Shown here piece after piece: positions 13,266-24,975 of a DNA stretch of 64,000 bases. How positions within the stretch are numbered: the first letter of the stretch is position 1; each line of letters opens with the position of its first letter. Position numbers and translations under genes: made by a program. Source of the DNA: Macrostomum hystrix (Eukaryota; Animalia; Platyhelminthes); assembly GCA_950097015.1 (NCBI GenBank), contig CATNEN010000005.1, forward strand, positions 1,240,001-1,304,000, in the 5' to 3' direction. Under the pieces are notes generated by a model. That model did not search any database. It was not told the origin of the DNA and worked only from the letters and a program-made list of their open reading frames with translations.

Positions 13266-13599
13266 GCTCATTGCTGCATTTTAGGACCGGTATTGCTCCA
13301 GCACCGTGATTGAGAACTGCAAACGACAGACTGCATTCGCAGCAACGTGCTAAATTATTTCATTTTTGTCTTGAATGTCTCACTAAGCAGTATACTTTTT
13401 AATCAATCGACTGGTTTTTAAAATGCAAAGTATTATTTTTAAATAGTTTTAATTTATTGTTTTTTTACAAATCCGTGTTGTCTCATTTTCCCTTGCTTTG
13501 AGTAATATTAAAGTGTAATTTAGCTGCAAAAAACTTGCCTTTCGGTTTAATTCTCGATGTTTTTACGAGTTATAGTGATACAATAATTGCACGATTGTG

Positions 13600-13870
13600 G
13601 CCTCCTGAGCTGAACTTTGCTGACTCCTGAGTACACAAGCATATGGATGCTCTACACATGCCACAACTCACACAGGTGTGTACATCTGCCCTGACTTTCT
13701 CAACGTCAGGCAGTGTACACTCTCACTGCGCGTTGGGGCTTGACTCTCAAGGGCATAAATTGCAGGACATGCCTTCTCTCCCCTTCTGCGCTTCAAACGA
13801 ATGTGGCCTCGCCGCGGTTTTGAGCTCAGGTAACTTGGTGCGAGAGACAAACGCTCTGCCAAGCACGCCT
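13600..13870 (-). mobile_element. SINE family A, diverged
   Basis: GTGTACATCTGCCCTGACTTTCTC and GTGGCCTCGCCGCGG match the family on the reverse strand. Confidence 0.75.
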
Positions 13871-14646
13871 CACATATTTTAGTACAGCCTTTTACTGTCC
13901 TCAATTGTTAAATACTATACCATATTGTTGGGGTGGGTGCACACAACCATGGGCTAGTGTACTCATATAACAATTTAAATAAACAAACTTTCTCTCGAGC
14001 GGAAACATATTTTACGACTGTAAAATTAGTTCATTTTACGAATGAAGTGCCAGACCTGAAACAGAAAAAATCAATAAAAGTAAAAGCATGCTATGAATAA
14101 TACTATTCCAGATGTATAGTGATTGCCTCAGAAATCACTATCAATTTTCTGTATTTTCCCGAAAATGTTGCTCTTTTTCAATGGCGCCATCTGCTGTGCA
14201 ATAATTACTATTGAAATATACGATGCAATATGAAATCAAAGAGTCCCAATCAAGTTGTTGAAGAATCCTTCGCAAGGGCTAACCTAAGAACATAAGAGCT
14301 TATTTCACGTTTCCTAGTGACGCTTCTCAGGATTTCAGGCTGATCAAATTTCTCCGAGCGCATTGTGCAAAGTAGGTCAACACAATGATAGCATATTGGT
14401 GCAAAGGGACTATCACGTCAAACCTGTAGAGCTTAATTACAAGGACAGACAGGTCATCCAATTATTCTGTCATTCCGACTGAAATGGATATATCAGCTCT
14501 GAAATAGGCTATAAATAAGTGAATCGCAGATGTTTTTCAGATGGCTTAACAAACTACTCGTATGCTTTCCCTCCCATAGACATTTTACTGTAGGCATTTC
14601 TAGCTACATTACAGAATCTCATTAGCACAAATCTTACCTGCTTGAG

Positions 14647-16737
14647 ATGAAGGAGGCATCATTGGCGGCCAACTGCCTCACTAGCAACCCGCAAATTCAG
14701 CTGAGTACCAATGGCATAGATCATCCCAACAATGGAACATCGCGACTAGCTGCTCTGGTAGTGAACCTGCCAGTGGCCAGATGGGGCGAAGTCCTTGATG
14801 CTGTTCGAGTGAGTCGACTGCAAGATTTCACAACAGTAAGAACTCTTGAACAAGGCCGTGCTGAAAATACAAGCTGCTTGATTTTCAGAAGTCAAACGCC
14901 TCCATTGAGAAAATAGACTTTCGTGCCTCGTCGAAGCAGTGCACCAATGGCTTCAATGGTGATGACTGCGCAGGCATGCTGGTTCAAATCCGCCTGCCGG
15001 AGGATGCTGAAAAGTGCCTGAAGTCGGCTTCGCAGCTTTTGAATGAGAGTGGCAATGAAGTACGTCTGCTGATTGAAGGTGAAGGTGCTGATTGCAATCG
15101 GGTGGCAGGTACGTACCCCACTTTTCCCACGAGTTGGTTATACATTAGCTTCAAATGATATGCAAATAATATGCCCTTTGCGCATTTTTTATGCCCAATT
15201 CAAGTTACAGATGACCAATGGTTTCCAAAGACGTTACCAGACTTGGATATAGTTTCCAATCGTGTTCTTCTTCTGGACCAAATGAATGACGTGGATCATC
15301 CCGTAAGTTTCGTACTAGAAAAAACCTTCATATGGCGTATAACGATGTGACATTGCTAATAACTTCATCCGCCAGAGCATGCAAGATGAGCACTACAAAG
15401 AGCGAAGGAAGATGTTTGCTCAGCTGGCCTTTGAGTACAAGCACGACCAGCCCATTCCGCTGGTTGAGTACACAGACCAGGAGAATGCAACTTGGTCCAC
15501 CGTGTTCAATCGCTTGAGTGATCTCTATGACCAGCACGCGTGCAAGGAGTTTTTGGAGAACTTCAAACTGCTAAGGGAGATCGGGCTGTACAGGTAATGT
15601 GCTCAAAACACGAGCTTGCATTATCAAAAAGTATATTAAACTATTAAAAAGGAAGTTTAACATAAGCAACTATATTGTGCCGGACAGTAAAAATGTAAAC
15701 AAAAACCAGAAGCACTCCCGTACAGGAGTGACCGCATCCCGCAGCTGCGCGACGTGTCCGACTTTGTCAAGCGCCGCACGGGCTTCACACTGCGTCCGGT
15801 GGCGGGCTACCTGTCTGCTAGGGACTTTCTGTCCGCACTGGCTCTGAGAGTCTTCTGCTGCACTCAGTACATCAGGCACTGGGAGAGACCGTTCTACACT
15901 CCGGAGCCGTGAGTACCAACCGATTGACCCCGACAGCATTCACTCGATTAAACAAATCGATGACCACCTCACTGTTTTCTGTTTCAGGGACTGTTGTCAC
16001 GAGCTTCTTGGTCATGTACCAATGCTGGCGGATCCGACATTTGCTCACTTCTCTCAGGAGATCGGCTTGGCTTCTCTCGGCGCATCGGAGGAAGACGTCA
16101 AGAAGCTCGCTACGGTATGACTTTAGTGTCTTGGACTATTATTTATCGGTTTCGTCTTTCTTTAGTTTAGAGATACTGTTAATTTTAGTGCTATTTCTTT
16201 ACTGTCGAGTTCGGTCTTTGCAAGGAAGCTGAGAAGTTAAAAGTCTATGGTGCAGGCTTGTTGTCCTGCGTCGACGAGCTAGTGGTGAGTGGTCGTTCGT
16301 TGTGGGCAAGTTGCCTTTATTTTAATCAGTATCTGAGTATAGAAATAATATTTCTACGTTGCAGCATTCGGTCAGTGGAAAGTCTAACGTAGCTGAATTC
16401 GAACCTGAAGAGGTCGTCAAGCAGGAGTGTCGGATAACGACTTTTCAGGATGGCTACTTCTTCACCAGCAGTTTCGCCGATGCGGTGTCTAAGATCAGGT
16501 AGTCACAATGGCCAATATTTTGCAGTCTCCCCTAAATGATTTAGCGATTTCATTTGTTTCAGAAAGTTCTCTCAATCAGTGAGGCGCAGCCAGCATCTGA
16601 TCTACAATCCGTACACCCAGTCTGTGGAGCCGATCACGGACATTGCGGCTGTGTGCCGTTTCTTTGAACGAATCAGCTCGGATCTGGATGTCGGACAGCA
16701 GATGCTGAGTGGTCTCGGGCGTTACGTGTCGACCTGA
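14647..16737 (+). CDS. TPH: Tryptophan-hydroxylase-type aromatic amino acid hydroxylase, copy 1 (9 exons)
   Basis: Exons 14647-14808, 14889-15108, 15211-15302, 15376-15593, 15726-15908, 15988-16114, 16189-16284, 16365-16498 and 16563-16737. Motifs: [34 protein letters not shown], the iron ligands HELLGH and TVEFG, CYFF (TPH-type F rather than PAH/TH W), QECRITTFQ and YNPYT. Confidence 0.9.
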
Positions 16738-17691
16738 AGCACTGGTGCAAAGCAAACTGCTGCTCTCATTCACATATTCAATTAGCGGTGTCGGTAAATC
16801 ATCAGAATTTTCACAAACTCTGCGTTAGTTAATCTTAAATTCGATTTGGATGGATTCATATTTTATATCAAGATAGCTCGTTACTTTGCATAATTACTTT
16901 CATTTGTCCTACTCATTTAGCTATAGTTTCAATCCACTAGGATTTTTAATTTAATCAACACTCCTTTTTTAATTAAAATAATAAATAATCAAGGTACGAC
17001 TTTGTTAAGTCCAATTGAAGACTAGCTATAATAAACAAAAATCCGACAAGTTTTGTTACACCTATATTTGTCTTTGCTGTGGTTTCTGCTTTGCCTCTTT
17101 CATTATTGCACTGGGCATTTCACACTATCGGGTCTCATGAATGTGTAACTCTTTTATGTGCTTACTTTATTTTTAATTTGATTCTGTCACGTAGTTTTTT
17201 TTGCAGAATACTCGTATCTAAAAATGCATGCTAAAATACCATCTGATCCTGGCTAGACATTGCTATTTATCGATTTTTGCTGAGCTTCAAAATTCAACGA
17301 ACAGTTGAAGCCAGACAAAAAGGCCAGTGAGTTTGTTTACAATCGTATCACCTAGCATGCCTTCACGCTTGACCTGTAAAAACAGTAAATACCAACCAGT
17401 TACAGTTAAAAATGCAACAAATTAAGGGCGGCGACAAGGTGTTGCAAAGTTGGGTACGCTGCAAGGGCCCAAATGAGTGAAAACAAATAATTCCGTTTTC
17501 CAGCTTGACCCAGCGCTGTCACGAACCAGACACCTGATCACATTTAAGTGCATAACTAGACAGCGCATAAATACAAAACGGCTTCAACGTGGCGCAGTCT
17601 TAAAGCCTAGCCTAGTGTGTATGTCCAGGTGTTAACGCTTAATCAGTCTAAATTGACTGACCAGCACTTTTAACTTGTTGAGCTACCAGAC

Positions 17692-19495
17692 ATGTGCGAC
17701 AAACAGCCGACTGACTCTCCGGCAGAACTGTGCGAGTCACTGCGCAGTGGCGGCTACCTGGCTGTTGCTGGTAAGGCTGCATTGCGGGTGGCTGGTTCCC
17801 TCCGCGGCCGCCTGATGATGGAGTCGACAGCAACAAAAAGGTGCACATCGAAAGCGCAATCAGCTGAACTCGATGGAGAACCGAACGCGGGCCAACTTTC
17901 GCAGCATATCTTGAACAGTCTTAGGATTGTTGCGCATCTCCCAGCGGATCGTTGGTGCGATGCGTTGCGCGATGTACAGGTAAAAAATGTTGATTAAAAT
18001 GAGACGCAAGTAATAGTGCTTTACAACGAATGCTGAAAAAACTAATTTTTCAGAACTTAGGCTTTACTCTACTTCACGTCGAATCACAACCGTCTAGTCG
18101 ACAAAACGGTTGCTCAAGCGATCTTGTTATCGACGTGCAACCACCCAGCGATGCACAAGCGGCAGACGACGCTCGCAGACGTCTTGCAGCTCTTGGAAAC
18201 AGTATCGCCATAATCGACCCGGAGAAACGGAGAGACTTTGAAATTCGCGAGATTGACAATGTATTCGGTGAGTTGTGTGGCAGGCTCAGATTTTTGGAAA
18301 GTCTCTAAGTTTTTAGTTCACATTGAATGCCCAACATTTGGGGTCGGTGGCAGAGCGGTTATCACGTTTGCCTCTCGCACCACGGTCCCTAAGTTCGATT
18401 CCACGGCGAGGCCACATTCATTTGGGGCGCAGCCGCGGAGAGAAGGCTTGGGGGCTTGTCGTGCAATTCACGCCCTTGAGGGCCAACCTCCGAGGCACAG
18501 TGAAAATGTACACTGCCTGATGATGAGAAAGTCAGGGCAGATGTACACACCTGTGTGAGCGTGTGCCTGTGTGCAGTATCCGTGTGTGTATGTGCTCAGG
18601 AGTCAGCGAAATTGGCAGAATTGCCTCCTCGCTGGCTGCAGGTCTAGTGTCACCAAATGATGTACCATTGCCCGCAGCCCTTCTGCAATCATTATTATTT
18701 ATTATTATGTCCAACATTTCAGACGACTCGGTTTGGTTTCCTAGACAACAGGCCGATCTTGATAAGGTTGTCAACTCGGTCTTGGAAATTGACGAGGATA
18801 GCATCAATCATCCGGTTCGCAAATTTACCATTTTGCCACGTCTCAGTCATTTTTCCAAGAATGAAATAAGACAAAAATCTATTCGTGTTGCAGAGTATGC
18901 AAGATGAGCACTACAAAGAGCGAAGGAAGATGTTTGCTCAGCTGGCCTTTGAGTACAAGCACGACCAGCCCATTCCGCTGGTTGAGTACACAGACCAGGA
19001 GAATGCAACTTGGTCCACCGTGTTCAATCGCTTGAGTGATCTCTATGACCAGCACGCGTGCAAGGAGTTTTTGGAGAACTTCAAACAGCTAAGGGAGATC
19101 GGGCTTTACAGGTATCTAAAAGCAGTTATATCCGGCCAACTTAAAAATTTACACGCAGTAACACTTGATTGTGTATACTTAATAGTGGGTTATACAAAGG
19201 CCGAAATCATTTCATGTAACGCTCGTACAGCAAGAACTTTTTTCTTTTGGCTCTGGAAACGTAAGCAATAAAGTTTATTGGCTTCTTCCTGCTGCTTAGA
19301 AGTGTTTATTTATGGAGCTACTTATACAATGTCAAAGTATCAATTAATGTCAATTTAGTGGCTTTGCAAAAATGCTAGAAAAAGTTTTTTTTCTGTGCAC
19401 TGTTCTTGATTAAAAATTCGCCTCACATTTCATTAATGAACTCTTTTATCAGCCAAGCTGTTGCAAATTTACTGCACCTATCTGAATACCCTCTT

Positions 19496-19544
<49 letters not shown>

Positions 19545-22032
19545 AACACAAAAAGAAACGACGACAACAGCAACAAAGTACATCTCCTACTAACCACGCA
19601 GTGGCCAGAAAGGGGTACAGAATTCAGAGAGCGCGCATCTCTGGCGGCGCCTCGGTATTTGATCTCGGCAAGCTGGTCGGAGGGCATCGCGAGGTCGTCA
19701 GCGTAGCCAATAACGAAGAGCCGCGCGCACGAACACACGAATGCACGAAGCCCGAAGTAGGAGAGGCCTTTAGGAAGTTAATGTAGATCACCACGAGACT
19801 TGACTGATGGATGCGCGCCTCCTTGATGATGCGGCGTAGCGCTAAGATATGCGTCACAGTGACGCGATCCGTTCTGCTAAAGGCGAAGAAACTGGTCCTG
19901 CACAGGCGTACATGAGCGAGATCCCTTTGTGCTCCTCCTTTCAAGTCGTTCCCGGCTTTTTCGGAATCGTGACGATGTGCCCGGGTGTCCAATCGCGGGC
20001 GCGCGCACCTTCAGTGGACGCCGCTTATAACGCAGGCCACCTCAGTGGCGACCCATATGACTCGTAGCACCTCGACATGCACCTAGACCGGTCTGGGGGC
20101 GCGACCTCCCGACGCCTTGCGAGCGAACTGCGCGTCGTTGCTAGTCACTGGGTGTGGGTTGAAGTCCTCCTGCGATGAGAGTGTCCTCTGGGGCGGCAGT
20201 GGCATTGCTTTTCAGAAAGGCGTTAACGTAGCATTTACAATGCAAAGAAGTTACGCAGCTCATTTCGGCGCGCCTCTGGGTGTGTCGCCGGCTAGGTTAA
20301 GCACCATCTTCTTCTTGCGGCCAGTCAGGGTGTTGATTGTCGGCCAGAAAAGCCAAATCCGTTGTTCGAGCCCCGCCAGAGGTGACGCTCCGGATGGCAT
20401 CATTGACAGGATTTGCGCAGACCTCCGACAGGGTTTTCTTGGCCTCAGCCGTCGCTCGGCTGGTCCGTCGCAGCCTATCGACTGTCCGCCTCACCTCCTG
20501 AACCTCCCTGTCATCCCTATCATGACAGCATTTTGCTAGTTGCTAGCTGCCGTCGCCGTTGCAGCGCTGATCTCGGAATAGTTGCCGGTGCTCACGCAGA
20601 CTCCCCTAGTGCGCGGTGGCGAACGCTTAAGCTTTCCCGCATGCGAAGGTTGCAGAAAAGCAGGCGATGGTCGGATAACTAAACTCTCTTAATCTCTTAA
20701 TAATATACTTCTCTTGAGTTAGACATATAAAATATACAGTTTTGCTGTCTTTTTACGAAGCGAGTTTCGTATGCGTTGCGATGATAGATGCACGTACTCT
20801 AATGAGATTCCCCTAGATTTTAATAGTTGATTTCAATAGATCCCGGTAGATTTTCTGAGGTAATATTTGAGTAAAAATAAAAATTCAATAAACGAAAACA
20901 CATTTACATGTTTATACATTGACATGATTAATTGATAAGCAAATCAAAATTCCTATTCCCAGGAGTGACCGCATCCCGCAGCTGCGCGACGTGTCCGACT
21001 TTGTCAAGCGTCGCTCGGGCTTCACACTGCGTCCGGTGGCGGGCTACCTGTCTGCTAGGGACTTTCTGTCCGCACTGGCTCTGAGAGTCTTCTGCTGCAC
21101 TCAGTACATCAGGCACTGGGAGAGACCGTTCTACACTCCGGAGCCGTGAGTACCAACCGATTGACCCCGACAGCATTCACTCGATTAAACAAATCGATGA
21201 CCACCTCACTGTTTTCTGTTTCAGGGACTGTTGTCACGAGCTTCTTGGTCATGTACCAATGCTGGCGGATCCGACATTTGCTCACTTCTCTCAGGAGATC
21301 GGCTTGGCTTCTCTCGGCGCATCGGAGGAAGACGTCGAGAAGCTCGCTACGGTAGAGTACCATTTGTTTTTTTATCAGCTTATTTTCCTTCAGTGAGCTC
21401 ATTAATAAAGTACTCACAGGAATCGCTGAACAAATTTTAGTGCTACTTCTTTACTATTGAATTTGGTTTCTGCAAAGAGGCTGGCAAGTTAAAGGTGTAC
21501 GGAGCAGGTCTGCTTGCCTGTGTTGACGAGTTTATGGTGAGAGATCATAGCCAATTCTGAAGCAAAGATTCAAACTCAGCGCAAAGAACTGATGTCTGTA
21601 AGCTTTGGCTGTATATTTTCATTGCAGTACGCAGTTAGTGGACTAGCTGTAATTTGCGAATTCAATCCAGAGCTGGTTCTTCAGCAGGAGTGCAAAGTGA
21701 CAACCTTCCAGGATATGTACTTTTACACAAACAGCTTTTCCGAGGCTAAAAATAAACTGAGGTCAGTAGAAATTATTCTAAATGCTGAGTAACGCGAATC
21801 AAGTTAGAGTTTACTCAACCAGCCATGTTTTCCAAACTGGTGCTTGAATTGAAAATGTTTCAGGCAATTTGCCAGGACACTTCGTCGAGGTTCGACCGTT
21901 TTGTACAATCCCTTCACTCAGACTGTTGAGAAGGTCCACGACGCTTCCTCTCTGGCTGTGAGACACCTGCTGGACAGAATCTGCTGGGATCTGGAATCAG
22001 CGGTGCACTTGGCCCAGGATTTTAATCTTTGA
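17692..22032 (+). CDS. TPH: Tryptophan-hydroxylase-type gene, copy 2 (start at 17692 or at MMEST, 17815)
   Basis: Exons at about 17692/17815-17979, 18057-18267, 18723-18814, 18894-19111, 20962-21146, 21226-21351, 21440-21537, 21629-21761 and 21864-22032. It has an ACT-type [45 protein letters not shown] and YNPFT. Confidence 0.85.
18342..18712 (+). mobile_element. tRNA-derived SINE family A (about 370 bp, (ATT)n tail)
   Basis: A-box GGTGGCAGAGCGG, B-box GTTCGATTCC, body GGGGCGCAGCCGCGGAGAGAAGG, core GCCTCCTCGCTGGCTGC and an ATTATT tail. There are many related copies in the window. Confidence 0.85.
19495..20700 (-). mobile_element. Internally deleted RTE-type derivative with (GTT)n tail, in a TPH copy 2 intron
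   Basis: It contains the RT fragment [30 protein letters not shown] and a linker segment homologous to the element at 36548-39676. It is about 1.2 kb long, with (CAA)n at about 19495-19545. Confidence 0.8.
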
Positions 22033-22874
22033 CCGCGTCAAACATTATTGTCACTATTTTTGTGAATTATCTTGAGCTTGAGGTGAAGTACCTCATTCGG
22101 CCATTTAATATGAAGTACTCGTAATTACCACAAATCATAAAACTAACGAAAAACCAGCATCTGGTATCGTGATAAAATAATTTTTTTAACTTTCATATAA
22201 TCATGGGAGCTCTAGGCACTGCCACATCATCTAGTGACACTCGAACATCTAAACAAAAATTGGGATTGAAAAAAAGTACCTCGCAATCTGTTCTCATAAG
22301 GAATTTTTGGTCTGGCAGCTCGCAATGTTTCACAAGTTTATGGTTTCCTAATCTAAATGAGGATACTCGTAGAGTACGTCTCAACTCCGGGTTACATTTT
22401 TCTTGTAAATTTTTCGACTAAATAATATTACTTAAAATAATATAATAGAAGTGACTCAGCTTGCTTGAGTTCTGTGCCCTTGTCTCCAATGGGTATTCTA
22501 TATACCAGCATGCCACTCATTTGCAGATAAGACACTGAGTACACTTATCAGAGAGCTACTTATCTCACAAATGTCTCAACATCATGTGTATCATGCTAAA
22601 CTGAATAGACTCTCAGGTGAGAATCGAAAGCTAAATAGGAAAAAACGGTGTTACTTTTAAAGAGTGACACCTGTTTGTCAGCTGTTGATTGAAGGATCTA
22701 AAAACGAAAGTTTATTTTGTTGTAAATTGCAATGCAAGGCCGAAAGATCTGAAAAAACACAATTTTTAAATGATTTTTAAAAAGATATTTTAAATCGGAA
22801 AAGGCATAGATTTTGAATGTGATAAAAGTGAGCTTTAACTCTTGTCTGCTGTACTGCCTGGTTCATTTTTAACA

Positions 22875-23123
22875 ATGAACCTGGAGCTAAAATTGTTTAC
22901 TCTGTGCTCAGTAGCCGTCTCAATGTTTTGCATAGAACTGTACGAGGTTCATTCCAGCTGCTGGTCGGGCAGTCGATTTCGTGAATTTCCGACATCTCAA
23001 ATGAGCCAAGCCAGCGATGTGCTGGAGTGCGCTGCACGATCGCTGCCAGACACCTGCTCACTGATGACCAGCTGCTGGTCTTCATCGAAGCAGACACGAC
23101 TGAGCAGCCGCAGTGCATCTTGG
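22875..23123 (+). pseudogene. FReD paralog exon 1 only, frameshifted and truncated by the duplication junction
   Basis: MNLELKLFTLCSVAVSMFCIELYEVHSSCWSGSRFREF...VLECAA, then after a frameshift IAARHLLTDDQLLVFI...QCILG. This aligns with exon 1 of the intact gene at 30376. Confidence 0.7.
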
Positions 23124-23241
23124 GTGAGCTCAGCGAGTTTTCCTTCTTCATTTGCTTCATTTTAAGAAATTGTATATCAAATGCTGAATTTAATTTAAGG
23201 AACAAAGACAAATGGTCTTGTCTTCCCTCCGCGGCCGCCTG

Positions 23242-24933
23242 ATGATGGAGTCGACAGCAACAAAAGGGTGCACATCGAAAGCGCAATCAGCTGAACTCGA
23301 TGGAGAACCGAACGCGGGCCAACTTTCGCAGCATATCTTGAACAGTCTTAGGATTGTTGCACATCTCCCAGCGGATCGTTGGTGCGATGCGTTGCGCGAT
23401 GTACAGGTAAAAATGTTGATTAAAATGAGACGCAAGTAATAGTACTTTACAACGAATGCTGAAAAAACTAATTTTTCAGAACTTAGGCTTTACTCTACTT
23501 CACGTCGAATCACAACCGTCTAGTCGACAAAACGGTTGCTCAAGCGATCTTGTTATCGACGTGCAACCACCCAGCGATGCACAAGCGGCAGACGATGCTC
23601 GCAGACGTCTTGCAGCTCTTGGAAACAGTATCGCCATAATCGATCCGGAGAAACGGAGAGACTTTGAAATTCGCGAGATTGACAATGTATTCGGTGAGTT
23701 GTGTGGCAGGCTCAGATTTTTGGAAAGTCTCTAAGTTTTTAGTTCACATTGAATGCCCAACATTTGGGGTCGGTGGCAGAGCGGTTATCACGTTTGCCTC
23801 TCGCACCACGGTCCCTAAGTTCGATTCCACGGCGAGGCCACATTCATTTGGGGCGCAGCCGCGGAGAGAAGGCTTGGGGGCTTGTCGTGAAATTCACGCC
23901 CTTGAGGGCCAACCTCCGAGGCACAGTGAAAATGTACACTGCCTGATGATGAGAAAGTCAGGGCAGATGTACACACCTGTGTGAGCGTATGCCTGTGTGC
24001 AGTATCCGTGTGTGTATGTGCTCAGGAGTCAGCGAAATTGACAGAATTGCCTCCTCGCTGGCTGCAGGTCTAGTGTCACCAAATGATGTACCATTGCCCG
24101 CAGCCCTTCTGCAATCATTATTATTTATTATTATGTCCAACATTTCAGACGACTCGGTTTGGTTTCCTAGACAACAGGCCGATCTTGATAAGGTTGTCAA
24201 CTCGGTCTTGGAAATTGACGAGGATAGCATCAATCATCCGGTTCGCAAATTTACCATTTTGCCACGTCTCAGTCATTTTTCCAAGAATGAAATAAGACAA
24301 AAATCTATTCGTGTTGCAGAGTATGCAAGATGAGCAATACAAAGAGCGAAGGAAGATGTTTGCTCAGCTGGCCTTTGAGTACAAGCACGACCAGTTCATT
24401 CCGCTGGTTGAGTACACAGACCAGGAGAATGCAACTTGGTCCACCGTGTTCAATCGCTTGAGTGATCTCTATGACCAGCACGCGTGCAAGGAGTTTTTGG
24501 AGAACTTCAAACAGCTAAGGGAGATCGGGCTTTACAGGTATCTGAATGCAGTTATATCCGGCCAACTTAAAAATTTACACGCAGTAACACTTGATTGTGT
24601 ATACTTAATAGTGGGTTATACAAAGGCCGAAATCATTTCATGTAACGCTCGTACAGCAAGAACTTTTTTCTCTTGGCTCTGGAAACGTAAGCAATAGAGT
24701 TTATTGGCTTCTTCCTGCTGCTTAGAAGTGTTTATTTATGGAGCTACTTATACAATGTCAAAGTATCAATGAATGTCAATTTAGTGGCTTTGCAAAAATG
24801 CTAGAAAAAGTTTTTTTTCTGTGCACTGTTCTTGATAAAAAATTCACCTCACATTTCATTAATGAACTCTTTTATCAGCCAAACTGTTGCAAATTTACTG
24901 CACCTATCTGAATACTCTCTTACAACAACAACT

Positions 24934-24975
<42 letters not shown>

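Noticed and set aside
18500-18545. Hammerhead core CTGATGA...GAAA in SINE A
   Set aside because: Only 3 nt lie between the motifs (no stem II), and other copies read CTGACGA or CTGGCGA.
18620-18700. HDV-like ribozyme in SINE A (GCC-UCCUCGCU-GGC equals HDV genomic P3/L3)
   Set aside because: The only P1 partner (GCCCGCA) lies downstream, there is no GG for P1.1, and there is no J4/2. A simple hairpin explains the pairing.
20580-20700. HDV-like ribozyme at the 5' end of the deleted RTE derivative
   Set aside because: I could not draw P3/L3 or P1 by eye.
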